A stretch of DNA of 64,000 bases from contig MU053588.1 of NCBI GenBank assembly GCA_013239625.1, forward strand, positions 1,622,508 to 1,686,507, given 5' to 3'. Shown here piece by piece: positions 1-12,112 of this stretch. The position numbers and the translations under genes were made by a program. This stretch comes from Lama guanicoe (lineage: Eukaryota). Positions within the stretch are counted from its first letter, which is position 1, and each line of letters starts with the position of its first letter. The notes below the pieces were generated by a model. That model worked only from the letters and a program-made list of their open reading frames with translations, did no database searches and was not told the DNA's origin.

Positions 1-177
1 TCCCCGCCCTGCCCACCTGTCCCCGACCCCTTCCCCTCCGCTGACCACATCGGCTGTGCCTCTCCCCTGACCCCGACCTTCCCCTTCAACTCTCCCTGCC
101 TGTGTCCTCCCCACCTGTCCCTCCTCCCCTGTCCTCTCTCACGTGCAACTCTCCCCTGCCCTGTCTCCCCGCCTCAG

Positions 178-321
178 GTGTGGGAGCGCCCCGTGGCCTT
201 GAAGGCTGAGGTGGCCCTGACTCTGGCCGTTCTGGGGACCATGGCTAACTCATCCCTGGACAGCACCCTGGACCAGCCCCTGCACACCCTGGGCCACATC
301 CACTCCCAGCTCCAGGCTTGT
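178..321 (+). CDS. IFNL3: IFNL2/3-like exon (third from last)
   Basis: cctcag|GTG acceptor, TGT|gtgagt donor, 144 nt. Confidence 0.9.
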
Positions 322-692
322 GTGAGTGCTCGGGCCACCCGCAGCGTGTCTAGGCTCCGACCACCTGAATGTCCTCCTCTGTCCCAGGCCCTGTCCACCC
401 CCTCACACCCCCTCCTCTGCCAACAGGTCCCAGCTCAGCCCACAGCAGGCCCCAGGCCCCGGGACCGCCTCCACCACTGGCTGCACCGGCTCCAGGAGGC
501 CCCGAAGAAGGTGAGTGACCGCGGTGGGGAAACTGATGTCTGGGGGCAGCTGGGAGCCCAGGCACGGGGACCACTGAGCCATCCCCCCCACAGGAGTCCC
601 AGGACTGCCTCGAGGCCTCTGTCATGTTCAACCTCTTCCGCCTCCTCACCCGGGACCTGAAATGTGTCGCCAGCGGACACCTGTGTGTCTGA
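178..692 (+). CDS. IFNL3: Interferon lambda-2/3-like (IL-28-like), 3' part; coding exons 178-321, 427-510, 594-692; upstream exons lie before the window
   Basis: Spliced at canonical AG/GT sites, all phase 0: VWERPVALKAEVALTLAVLGTMANSSLDSTLDQPLHTLGHIHSQLQAC | VPAQPTAGPRPRDRLHHWLHRLQEAPKK | ESQDCLEASVMFNLFRLLTRDLKCVASGHLCV*. Exon sizes are 144/84/99 nt, with no stops or frameshifts. Position and orientation match human IFNL2, so the IFNL2 versus IFNL3 label is uncertain. Confidence 0.9.
427..510 (+). CDS. IFNL3: IFNL2/3-like penultimate exon
   Basis: caacag|GTC acceptor, AAG|gtgagt donor, 84 nt. Confidence 0.9.
594..692 (+). CDS. IFNL3: IFNL2/3-like last coding exon
   Basis: ccacag|GAG acceptor, FNLFRLL motif, TGA at 690-692. 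Confidence 0.9.
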   Translation, partial: ESQDCLEASVMFNLFRLLTRDLKCVASGHLCV

Positions 693-880
693 GCCTGAGA
701 TCTACCTGCAACCTGTTCCAGCATCTTACATATTGTTTATGTATTGATGCATCAGAACCACTTTCCTAATTTATTGCCTGCAAGTCTCTATTTTTGTATT
801 TATGTGTATGAATTCTGAAACTCATACCCAATAAAATGTTTATTTTTCTACTTTTTGTAAAAATTTTGCAAATAAACAAT
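693..880 (+). promoter_or_regulatory. IFNL 3' UTR with AU-rich elements and poly(A) signals
   Basis: ATTTA at 769-773 and 798-802; AATAAA at 830-835 and 871-876. Confidence 0.75.
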
Positions 881-924
881 GAGGAAAAGATGCTCTTTGT
901 GGTCTGCGTCTGCGTGTTTGAGGA

Positions 925-1533
925 TTGGTCTACTTTTGCTGCCCTAACAAAGTATCCCAAACTGAGCATCTCAACACAAGTTGAAGTCCTTCTCTCACGT
1001 TTCCACAGGGCAGTGATCGGGTGAGCTCGCCTGGTTCCCCTGATGTGGGTCTCACAAGGCTGAGTCATAGTGCAGTTGGCTGGTTGTTTGGGAGGCTCTG
1101 GGAGCCATCTGCTTGAAAACCCATCTAAGTTGTTGGCAGAATTCTGTCCCTTGTGGTGTCAGACTGATGTCCCATTTCCTTGCTGGCTGTGAAGGCCCAT
1201 CCTTAACTCTTGGTGGTCTCTTTCTGGTCCTGGCACAAAGACCCTCTACCTCAGAGCCCATGATGGTGGATCAGGTCCTCCTCATGCTTGCACTCCCCCC
1301 CTACTTCTCCTTCTACCACATTCTCCTCTGCCTCCAGCCTGGGAATATTTTCTGCTTTTAAGAACTCATGTGTTTATATTGGGCCCTCTCGGGTTCCCCG
1401 GGATAATCTCCGCATTTTAAAGTTAATAAACCTTAATTACATCAGCACAGTCCCTTTGGCATGTAACATGAAATATTTATAGCTTCTAGGGATGGTCTGG
1501 GTATTTTTGTGGGATTATTACTCAGCCAAGCAC
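925..1533 (-). mobile_element. MaLR LTR (MLT1-type)
   Basis: MLT1-like segments ('gttgttggcagaatt', 'ttctgcttttaag..ctcatgtg', 'ggataatctcc'); subfamily not determined. Confidence 0.6.
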
Positions 1534-2711
1534 AGTATATGTGTGATGGTGTGATGGTGTCACTAGGTTGCATTCTGTTACAAGTAAAGTATAGTAACTA
1601 AAAATGCCTTAATAATGAGAACATCTAGTATTATACAGGATAAGGTGCCTTGAGCAGCAGCAGCTGGAATATCTTCCTGCGTGGTCAGTAGATTTGATTC
1701 CTGGGTTGCTTTGGCCTCTGACCCACACACACCCTGGATCAGTATTACTTATGACATTGCTTGTGTTCCTCTGAGCATTCCATGGCTGACCCTCTGTTTG
1801 AACCCTCAGTACCTTTTTGGGATTCTGTGACTCTGTCACTCTTAGATCTCAGTCCCTGAGGGATTTGGAGATCACAGGTGTCAAGTCCCAGTTATGATAC
1901 TTTGGATTCTGCTATCGATATGGCCTTGTGCTTACAAGCCCTGGTACCTGCGGTATAATTCTCTTCTCCTGGTGTCAACTCATTTTTATTTATTAAATGG
2001 TGTTACACTTACTAGTGTGAGTGAAGGGTAACCCTACTGTGGACTCGGATCTGAATTTGATACTCAGATGGAACATTGACCTGCCAAGTCACTTTTAGTA
2101 ATACACTTGCCTTTTCTGGCCTCTAGATTTCTTCATCTGAAAAATAACTTAGGGATGCCTCTCTTTGAAACGTTCATTTATTCATCCATGCAACCATTCA
2201 GTGGTCTGTTCGTTCTACATGGACAGTATTTCCTGGTTGCCTGTTAGTTGCCATTATTGGGGACACAGAGCCACAGGCTCTGGTCCTCAGGGAGTTTCAG
2301 ACTGGGAAGCTGGTCATCAAAGTTTGAGGAATAGAAAGGAGGTCGATGTGCTGGAGTCCAGAGCTCTGCAGAAGGGCTGGGAGTGAGGTTAGACAGGTAG
2401 ACAGAGACCAGGGCGTTTGGGTCTGTGAGCTCTTTAAGTACTGGGATATTCCTGGACGATACATAGGGAATCACTGCAAAGTTTTAAGCAAAGAAGCAAC
2501 TGCTCCATGTATGTTTCTAAAAGTTCAGGCCTCGGAAGAGGAGAGCTAACTGGAGTGCCTAAGAATGGGTGAGGGAGTTTGGGTGTGAGGTGATGGTGGT
2601 ATGTATTCATGTAAAGAGGCTCTTCTGTAGATTAGAAACCATATACATTAAGCAATTAGTATCTCACATGATGGACAGAAGTATCTCAATACAATAAAGG
2701 AGATGGTATGA

Positions 2712-2940
2712 GTTTAGTGGCTAAAAATGCAAGCCCTGAGGTCAGAGAGATCTTAGAATCCCAACTTCTGCTCACTTCGTTACTGTATGACTTGGGCGAG
2801 TCAGCTAAACTTTTCATTTCCAGTCAGTACAATAGTTCTAATATCCTTCCTCGTCGGGTGGTTGTGGGAATTAAATGTGTTAAATCATGTCAAGTACTCA
2901 AGCACAGACCCTGGCACAACATAAGGACTCATTATTAAAT
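2712..2940 (+). mobile_element. MIR SINE
   Basis: MIR core 'ctgtatgacttgggcgagtca...gttgtgggaattaaatg...cctggcac'. Confidence 0.7.
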
Positions 2941-3677
2941 CAATTTATCATCATTAAAAATTTTTTCTAACATGTGAGCTGTCAAATAAGAGAGGAAGCT
3001 TTATCCAAAGGCCCTATCTCTAAAATGGATAAAAGAGACACAGTTGTCAGCTCAACAAAAATTTCTCATGAGGTTCTTTTTGGCACAGCCCCTCCCCCAC
3101 ATCCTTTCGGGGTGAATCTTTATTGACCTAAACCAATCATGGGATTGGTTTGTGCAGGCAAGACTATGTGACTGCATCTGCCAGGATCCCAGCAGGAGAC
3201 CAAATGGTCCAATGGGGTAAGGGATTTATTTAAGCAACAAAGTACAGAAGCGGGGCATGGTTAAAGGAAACCGACAGAGGGAAGCCCCCAGGCCCAGCCA
3301 ACAGCCAGAAGCCATCACCATTCCTAAGCCACCAGAAGTGACATGGGAGGGAGTGGTTACTAGTCCCCCGACAGAGATTCTGGAACAACACTGCTGCCAG
3401 CCCACAGCCCAGCAGGGAAGTAGACAACAGAGTAAACACTCACCTGCTCTCTTCTCCCACCTCCAATTTTCTGCTGACACCTCCCCTTGCCGACCCCAGC
3501 TGGAAGACAGAAGGCCAGGGAGTCCCCACTGATGTAATCCTGGACCCAGAGCAGAGTGGAGAGTGAACCTAGAGGAAAAGAGAGGACATGTGTCACAGTG
3601 ATCCAATTCGGGCCCATGAGGAGGAGAATTTGGCCTGGAGGGAGGTAGATGCTCTCAGAAAGGTTTTATAGTGTTAC

Positions 3678-4678
3678 GTGTGATAGGCTGAACAACGGCT
3701 TTCCCAAGGACACTCGTGTCCCAATCCTTGGAAACTATAAATGTAACCTTATTTGGGGGAGGGAAAAAAAAACCCTCTTTGTCAATGTGATTAAATTAAG
3801 TATTTTGAGATGAGTGAGTTCACCCTGGATTATCAGGGTGAGACCTGAATGCTGTGACAAGCAGTCATTATGAGAGGCACAGAGGGAGATTACACATGCA
3901 GAAGGGGAGGTGGTAATGTTGTAACAGGGAAGAACAAATCTGACTCCATATTAGATCTGTTCCTTTAGCTCTAACCCTGTGCTCTGTTTCCTGGGCTTAG
4001 TCATGCTGGTTCTGCACCTTTTGTAGAAAAATGTTGCCTAGAGCCTAAAATATACAGGATAGCCTATTCTTAAGGCTCTGACCTTTAAGGATATAACACT
4101 TTCCCACTCATAGAAAGATGAAAAGTTGCAGAACAGAGAATAACATTTGTCTTGTTGGAGGTTTACGGGAACATGGTGACCTGACCTAGTGGACAGCTGT
4201 AAGAACAAAGGATTCAGACACCAAGAAGTTTGCAACAACGAACCACACCCACGTTCTTTTTTACTATAAAAGGAGCCTGAATTCTGACTTGGGTAACGTG
4301 GTTCTAGTCCACCATATTATCAGTCTGCTGGCTTTTCAAATAAGGTCACGTTTCTTGCCCCAACAACTCGTCTCTAAATGTACTGGTTTGTTTTGCAGTG
4401 AGCTTGGACTTGGTAATGATGTGACCAAGGAAGCAGAGGTTAAAGCGGTACAGCCACAAGCCAAGGAGTGCCAGCAGCCACCAGAAGCTGGAAAAGGCCA
4501 GGAATAGTTTCTCCCCTAGAGCCTCTGGAGGTAGCATGGCCTTGCTGATACATTGATTTTGGCCCAGGGATATTGATTTTGGCCTTCTGGCCTCATAAAC
4601 ATGAGAGAATAAATTTCTGTGGCTTTATGCATCAAAATTGGTGGTGATTTGTTACAGTAGCCACGGCAAACTTACACA
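3678..4678 (+). mobile_element. MaLR LTR (MLT1-type) split by a nested ERV1 solo LTR
   Basis: MLT1 5' end 'tgtgataggctgaacaacgg' and 3' end 'gagaataaatttctgtggcttta...tttgttacagtagcc'; the halves rejoin across 3920-4418. Confidence 0.7.
3920..4418 (+). mobile_element. ERV1 solo LTR, MER41-like (cetartiodactyl type)
   Basis: Starts TGTAACAGGGAAGAACAAATCTGACTCCATATT; contains a TATAAAA box; 4-bp TSD ATGT at 3916-3919 and 4419-4422. Family name from memory of the consensus. Confidence 0.7.
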
Positions 4679-5251
4679 GTTCGTTACAGATATATGGACC
4701 TACTCTAGTTAATGTTGGCAGTAAGAGACTTATTAAAGTGTGTTAAGTGGCTTATAGAAGAGTCAGGAAGGTTGAACAAACAGATTCTGTGTTGACCATC
4801 AGGTATAACTTCAAGAGCCATACCATATACCAGGGCTTTTCAAGGGCCCACTACATTTCTAGGATCAGGATCCTGACTGCTTAATTAGAATTGGCTTCCA
4901 CCACCATGATCAGGAAGGCAGCACAAACAGAGATCTGTCACAATTATGGGACAACTGCCATCAGGAAACTGCTGTGATCAGAAAACCACCACAGAAAGTG
5001 GACCCCTCCCTAGTGATGGGGCCAGCAGAAGCAGGACTCCACCCCACGACCATCATTCAAATCTTGTCTGAGTGCATCTGATTAGAGGAACCCAGATGTA
5101 ACGCAGTTCCCAGCTGCACAGGACTCAGAAATGTAGTTTCAAGCCTTTCAGCCCCTGCAAGTAGGACAGCACACAGAGGAGAGCTGAAGTGAATGCAGAA
5201 CACCAATGTACAATATTCAAGATAGGTTTCCTGATTGTTAATAGGAGATAC

Positions 5252-5740
5252 TGTTGCAGAAAAATGTGTTACAGCTGGGTGTTACAGCTCAGTTGTGACA
5301 GCAAGCAGCACTGGGAGAGTTGGAGAACTCAGGTTTATTACACTAAACGGGCCCAGAAACGTTAACACCTCAAGCTGTGGACCCCATCTGTAGGTTTACA
5401 CAGGCCTTTTATAGGCTGCCAGTCTTACACTTTGCAACATCATATGCAAATAAAGTATAACAGAAGTTGACCAATCAGGAACAAGCTTTGTAGAAATAGA
5501 CCAATCAGGAGTGAGAGAAATAACCAATCAGGAGTGAGGGGAATGGACCAATCAGGAGTGAAGGAAATAATCAATCAGAAATGAGATCAGGGAACCAATA
5601 AAATTTTAGGTGTAAGTTAGCTGCTTTAGAGGCAAAAAGTGAGCTAGAGGCTCTGGGCCAAGGAACTGGATGGTGCTGGGAGGAGAGCAGTGGCCTTGCC
5701 TAGGGGTCCAGCCGGTCTTTTTATGGGGCTTCCCGCCTCA
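5252..5740 (-). mobile_element. ERV solo LTR with tandem CCAAT repeats
   Basis: TG..CA ends; near-perfect 4-bp TSD (atac/acac); TATAAAA and AATAAA on the minus strand; repeated 'accaatcagga' at 5470-5600. Confidence 0.7.
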
Positions 5741-6672
5741 ACACTAGGAGATCATTCCATCCCCTTCTTACCCTGGATGTTGCCATGTCTGCATGTGAAG
5801 CCTGGAACTTCAGCAGCCATCGTGGGATCATGAGGATCTGGGGACAAGCCAATTCTCTAAGACTAGAAGATCAGACAGGTGGAAGGAATCTAAGCCCTCC
5901 ATACTTCCTTGATCTAAAATGCACTATCTTCCCTCCAGAGCCACCTACATTTAGACTCCTTACTTGTGGCAACATACATTTTTCTTTAAGGCTTAAGCCC
6001 AGGTGAGATAGGGTTTTCAGTTATTTGCAGTCAAAGCTGAAGAAAACTGCTTTGCCTAAATTCACACCTCACTCCATGGCAGCCTGCATCAATGACTGAT
6101 GAACATGGGAGTATAAAAACCCAGATCCTTCATCCCAACTCAAGACAATTCTGAAGGGTGATCCAGAGCTCCCACAAGGTTGAGAGAGGACTTGATCGGA
6201 AATGTATCACAGTTCAACTTCCTCTCTGCCCAATTCTGCTTCAGTCCCCTGTCTCCTACAGATGTTGATCTCAAAAGCCCTCCCTACCCTTCTCTCTGGG
6301 AATCCCAGCTATGACACACAGCTACTGAGAGGATGCTAGAGGCAGAAAGAAAGTTCCTGCTCCTCTCTTCTCTCATTGGCAGAACTTATCAGAAGGTGGC
6401 AAAGTAGCCTAGGAAAATGTAGTTTGTAGGCTTTCCACCCTATAATCACAGGGCAGAGACAAAGGAGCTTGAGGCTGAGACTAGATGAGTAATCAGTCCT
6501 CCCAATTTGCTCCTGAATTCAACAGTCCCACAATAACCTGTTGAATTCACATCTGCTGTTTGTGGCAGAAATAGCAAGTTCTTGTGGGCAACTTCTGCAG
6601 CATTGTTTGAGAGTCATTTCTGGCGGGCAAGCCTACAGCTTTCTCCTCTGATCCTTTAGGTGATTTTATAAG

Positions 6673-7143
6673 TGTATTGGTTAGGATTCTCCTGAGAAAC
6701 AGAACCAATAGGAGATAGATATAGATATAGATACAGATATATAGATAGAGTCAGAAAGAGAGAGACAGAGATTTATTTGAAGGAGTTGACTCACATGATT
6801 ATGGAAGTCCCAAATCTTCAGGGTGCACTGAAAAGCTGTTTATCCTGGAAAGAGAGGATGTTGCAGTTCAAGTCCAAAGGCTGTCTGCTGGCAGAACTTC
6901 CTGTTGCTCAGAGAAGGTCACTCCTTTTCTTCTATTCAGGCCTTCAACTGGTTGGATGAGGCCCATCCACATGCCCATCCACATGAAAATGACACCTAAG
7001 GACAATCTGTTTTACTCAAAGTCCACTGATTTGAATGCTAACTTCACCCAAAAACACCCTCACAGAAACATCCAGAATAACGTTTGACCAAATATCTGGA
7101 TACCATGCCCCAGCCAAGCTGACACATAAAATTAGCCATCACA
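6673..7143 (-). mobile_element. MLT2 (ERVL) LTR nested in an older LTR
   Basis: 'tgtattggttaggattctcctgagaaacagaaccaatagga...gacacataaaattagccatcaca'; 5-bp TSD ataag/ctaag. Confidence 0.75.
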
Positions 7144-7329
7144 CTAAGTGTCTAATCCATACTATTAAACTCCTTCCTGTTTAGAATAGCTAGAGTGGTT
7201 TATTTCTTCTAGAAAGGAACCCTGACTGATATAAATATCAGTCTCTTTGCAAGATATCTGCTAGCTGCTTCAAAGTCTTTCTCTTTACAAAGTCTCTTTG
7301 TGAAAGTTGAAGTGAGTCAGATAGATAGT

Positions 7330-7545
7330 CTCAGGTGAGATTACTGGGTTCAAGTCCCAGATCTGCCACTTACTAGATACGTGCCTTTGATCAAATCATC
7401 TAACCTCTCTGTACCTCGCTTTCCTCTGAAATAAGGATAAAAATGACACCTAATTCATAAGGTTGTTGAAAAGCTAAAGTTATTTAATACATATAAGCCA
7501 CAGAATAATTCTCAGTACATCGTCTGTGCTCAATAAATGTTAGTT
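7330..7545 (+). mobile_element. MIR SINE
   Basis: 'ctgggttcaagtcccagatctgccacttactag...gctcaataaatgttag'. Confidence 0.7.
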
Positions 7546-7879
7546 TTACCACCACCATCATCAATGTCGTCATCATCTGTTTGTGGTCCTGAAGCTTCAT
7601 CACCCACTGGAGCTTAACAATTTCTCTACAAACACTAGAACATAGGGACTCCTGGCCAGTTTTTCCAAGGAATTTTGAACAAGGAAAGGGAAAAACCAGT
7701 AAGGAGAGGAACAGAGACAGACAGACAAAGAGATTCAGGCTGTGGGGGAATCTAGCTACAAAAATATGTCAAGAAGAAAGGAAGAAAAACTTGTTTCTAC
7801 ATTGTTGTCAAAGAATACTTGAGTGCTGAAAAGTTTTTCTATCTTGATGGAAAATCTGCACTGTTTATGTTAGAACAAA

Positions 7880-8712
7880 AAATGGTATTTCAAAATCTTC
7901 AAGGCAGTTTTCAACCACCAATAGAATAATTGATACAGATGAGGATCATCCATGTATGTTAAAACCCTTGAATGAAAGTTGTTAGAGCACAGGATAGTCA
8001 CACAATCTCCAGTATCATCCCACAGATGACTTATTATTTAGAAGGAAGGAAAGAAACCTTTACAACAGAGAAATCTGGCAGACTCCACCTTACCCCAATC
8101 ACCGAAGGAGAGATAAACTGACATCATGTTCTTCAGGATGTGAGTCACTGAGGACACAACATCATCTCTGAATTATTCTTGGCCAAGAGGTTTAACCTGA
8201 ATTTAAATCATGAATAAAGAATCAGACAAACCCAAGCAAAAACAGTCTACAGAACAACTAGCTTCAAGTCTTCAAAAATGTCAATGTCATGAAAAAATAA
8301 AACAAAACAAAAAGGCTGTGGAGCTGCTCCAGATCAAAGGACAGAAAGAGACATGACATTGACCATGAATTTGAAGAAAAATAAAAAGAACAAAGCTTTT
8401 ATTAATATAACTGGATAAATTTGAATATGGAGTGTATATTAGACAATATAGCGTTGATCCTGTTACTATAATGTTAAAATTGTGGAATGTTGTGATTTAT
8501 GTAGGAAATGTCCTTGTTTCTAGGAGCTTCATAGAAAGTATTTAGCTGGGAAGTATTGTGATGTCTGCAACTTACTTTCAAGTGGGAGAGAGAAAGGAAG
8601 GCAGAATATTAACACTGGTGAATTGAGGTGAAGGGTATATGAGTGTTCATTGTACTACTTTTATAACTTTTCTGTAGGAGTGAAAGTTTTCCAAATAAAA
8701 AATTGGGGACAA
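7880..8712 (+). mobile_element. Old L1M 3'-end fragment
   Basis: L1M 3' UTR motifs 'gatgtctgcaacttactttca', 'gttcattgtactacttttataacttttctgtagg...ccaaataaaa'. Confidence 0.6.
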
Positions 8713-9531
8713 ATCAACAAGTTTTTTTTTAAACTTCTACCACTTTCCAAACAATCATAACTTTTTTTTTCTGCTCCTTGGAGTGTTAGCTAGAGGCACA
8801 TTCATTCAATTCTTATTGAGTGCCTATTGTGTGCCCGGCATTGTTCTAGGCACTGGGTAAACAGTGGTGAACACAACACATAAAAATCCTTGCTCTCATA
8901 GAACATTGACAGTCTTGTGGAAAATGCTTCTCAACCTGACATTTCTGTTATTCTCCACAGCAGCACGCTCACCATCTGGCTATAGGTGTGTGGCAAAGAC
9001 TGCTACTGGACTAGGCTATATCCATTCTCCACTTCTTTAGTAACAGAACCCTGATTTAATTGCAGATGGCAATGTACCAGGCTAAAAGATATTTACCAGC
9101 CTCCCTTGCAGCTAGGATAGCTAGGATCTTGGCATCAGCACTTCCTAGTTGTGTGACCTTAGTAAGCTATTTCACTTCACTGTGTATTATCCATTCATCC
9201 ACAAATAGCTGTTATGAAAATGCTAGTCTTCTGGGTCATCAGGGCCAGAGTTCATCAACAGTCATCAGGTCAGTAGAAACAATGTTCTGGATACAGGCAA
9301 GCAACTGGTGGGTGGGCACACAGAGGGAGTCAGGGGGCTGCCAGATGCTGATGGAACTGGGAGCTAGGAAGATATCCACTACAGGGGTCTAGTGTACTTC
9401 TGTGTGTGGCTTGGCCAAGGCAGCTGCAGGCCAGATATGGGCTGAGAATTGGATCATAAGCTCACTAGACAGCCAGACTCATGTCCCCAACAGTATTCCA
9501 CCCCATTTCCCAGCATGCATGTGCTTGGGGC

Positions 9532-9927
9532 TGTTAACCTAAAACAATAAAACAGCCAGTTATTTTACTAGTAAAGTAGATTTATTCAGAAGCAGCAAAG
9601 AATTGCAATTCAGGACATGCAACTCTGGTGAATCACATGCAAGTCTCATAAAGCAAAGGAGAGGTTACTCTTTTATAGAGGAGAAGGGAAGTGGGGAGGG
9701 GTCGTCATAAACAAAAGTCCATTGGAGGAAACTGGGAGTTCCAAGTACAGTAACATCTCATTGGCTGAGTTGTGATAGCCTCTCATTGGCTGAGCCATTG
9801 CCAGGCAAGGAGGAAAAATTCCTTCCCCTTGCTGGTGTCAGTAAAGTAGTAGCACTTCCTGCGGAAGATTCAAAGTATGTACCTCCTGATTCCATTTTAG
9901 TGAGGTTTCCCTTTATTAATTTCCACA
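9532..9927 (-). mobile_element. ERV1-type solo LTR
   Basis: TG...CA ends, perfect 4-bp TSD GGGC (9528-9531, 9928-9931), TATAAAA and AATAAA on the minus strand, duplicated 'tctcattggctgag'. Confidence 0.75.
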
Positions 9928-10103
9928 GGGCTGAGGAGAGGGTGTGAAAGCAGTGACCAGTCAGGGTACAGCTCAGGCTGCCTGAGGCTCCCAGATACCC
10001 TACTGCCACTGAAGTCAAGAGAGAAAGCACAGGAAAGGTGGAGAAAGCTGTACCCTGCGTAATACGGCCAGCAGAAACCACACAAGACCAAGCAGGGGCA
10101 AAA

Positions 10104-10208
10104 AGAAAGGAAGAAAGGAAGAAAGGAAGGAAGGAAGGAAGGAAGGAAGGAAGGAAGGAAGGAAGGAAGGGAGGGAGGGAGGGAGGGAGGAAGGAAGGAA
10201 GGAAGGAA

Positions 10209-10266
<58 letters not shown>

Positions 10267-10267
10267 A
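10104..10267 (+). repeat. Compound polypurine microsatellite (GGAA)n-(GGGA)n-(GAAA)n
   Basis: About 160 nt of purines only, in tetranucleotide units. Confidence 0.95.
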
Positions 10268-10639
10268 CCCACCCCAGAACCAGGAGAGAAAGCCCCTTTC
10301 TCTTACAAGCAACCTCTGGCCCCCTCTAGTGGCCTGGCTGACACCTTCCTGACAGGCCAAAGAGAAATACATAGGAAACCTAGCTCTGTTATCAAAGAGC
10401 AGGCAAAACCAGTAAATGCAGAACCAAGAAGCAAGACGTTTAAAACTAATAAAAATACCCTCTCACATTTTGGTAACTTACCACATTATGACACTCAGGT
10501 AAAAGGCAAAAAACTCACACTCCCAGATTCCCTTTCTCCTGGGAAGTATTTCTGTATACACGTGACCTGGACACCACCAATCAGATGCTTCAGAAGCCCC
10601 AGAAGCCACAAAAGCTTTGGTTCAAAAGCCAGCACAGCA

Positions 10640-10763
10640 GGGAGGGTATAGCTCAAGTGGTAGAGTGCATACTTAGCATGCACGAAGTCCTGTGTTTAAT
10701 CCCCAGTACCTCCCCTAAATATAAATAAATAAATAAACTTGATTACCACCAAAAGAAAAAAAA
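10640..10763 (+). mobile_element. Camelid tRNA-derived SINE (Vic-1-like)
   Basis: GGGAGGGTATAGCTCAAGTGGTAGAG...TTAATCCCCAGTACCTCC (A and B boxes) followed by an A-rich tail. Confidence 0.8.
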
Positions 10764-10779
10764 AGTCAGCCACAATAGC

Positions 10780-11310
10780 CAATAGAAATGAAAACATGTA
10801 TCCACACAAAAAGTTGTACATCGATGTTCAGAGCAGCATTATTCGTAACAGCCAATGAGTGAAAACAACTCGAAAGTCCACCAATCAATGAATGGATAAA
10901 CAAAATCTACCCATACAATGGAATGTCATCAGCCATAAAAAGAAATGAAGTACTGATACAATCTACGATATATAGATAAACCTTGAAAACATTACACCAA
11001 GTGAAAGAAGCCAGACACAAAAGACAAAATATTATAAGATTCTATTTGTATGAAATGTCTAGACTAGGCAAGTCCATAGAGACAGAAAGTAGATTAGTGG
11101 TTGCCTAGGGCTGTATGGGGAGCGGAGATTGAGAGGAAATGGGGAGTGACTGCTGCAGCACTACAGGATTTCTTTGGGGGGCAATGAAAATGTTCTAAAA
11201 TAGACTGTGGTGAATATATTAAAAATCCATGGAATTGTACACTTTAAATGGGTGAATTATACAGTGTGTGAATTACATATCTCGAGAAAGCTGTCACCAA
11301 AAAAAAATGT
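10780..11310 (+). mobile_element. L1M 3'-end fragment
   Basis: 'gcagcattattcgtaacagcc...gaatggataaacaaaat...tgtacactttaaatgggtgaatt'. Confidence 0.75.
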
Positions 11311-11569
11311 AAAATAAGGTCAGAGGGAAATAGAGTATGAAATACATAACACAGTCTTGAATATAAAGCCCGGAGCCACTTACAAATCACTTGACCTTCC
11401 TTGAGTAGGTTGCTTCACTTTGCTGATCTTCAGTTTCTTCTTCTATAAAATTGGAATAATAATAACACCTACTTCTTGTAGTGATTATGAGAATTAAATG
11501 AAGCAGATTATAGTAGCTGGGAAATAATAAGTGCTCAATAAATGTTGGATTTTGTTGTTTAAAAAAGAG

Positions 11570-12112
11570 ATGTAATAGCCAAAACATGGAAGCAACCTAA
11601 ATGCCCATTAGCAGATGAATGGATAACAAAGATGTGAGATAGATATACATACACACACACATATATACACACACAATGGAATACTACTCAGCCATAAAAA
11701 AGAATGAAATAATGCCATTTGCAGCAACATGAATGGAGATATCATACTAAATGAAGTCAGTCAGAAAGAGAAAGACAAATATCATATGGTATCACTTATA
11801 TGTGGAATCTAAAATATGACACAAATGAATTTATTACAAAACAGAACAGACTCACAGACATAGAAAACAAACTTATGGAAAGGGGATGGGGAGGGATAAA
11901 TTGGGAGGTTTAGATTAGTAGATACGAACTACTATATATAAAACAGATAAACAACAAGGCCCTACTGTATAGCACAGGGAACTATATTCAATATCTTGCA
12001 GTAATCTCTAATGAGAAAGAATATGAAAAGAAGTGTATGTGTATGTATAAGCAAATCACCCTGCTGTACACCAGAAATTAACACAACATTGTAAATCGAC
12101 TATACTTCAACT
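11570..12112 (+). mobile_element. Younger artiodactyl-type L1 3' end
   Basis: 'aacaacaaggccctactgtatagcacagggaactatattcaatatcttg...gactatacttcaa'; related fragments at 25160-25337 (-) and 54697-54900 (+). Confidence 0.8.

Noticed and set aside
5460..5605. Regularly spaced short repeats superficially like a CRISPR array
   Set aside because: Eukaryotic LTR enhancer repeats; the spacers are similar to each other and there are no cas genes.
9758..10372. 204-aa and overlapping ORFs rich in FLPS/KEGR
   Set aside because: Translations of the GGAA/GAAA microsatellite.
10640..10715. tRNA-like sequence (also at the other six copies)
   Set aside because: Diverged, tailed and TSD-flanked, so these are SINEs and not tRNA genes.
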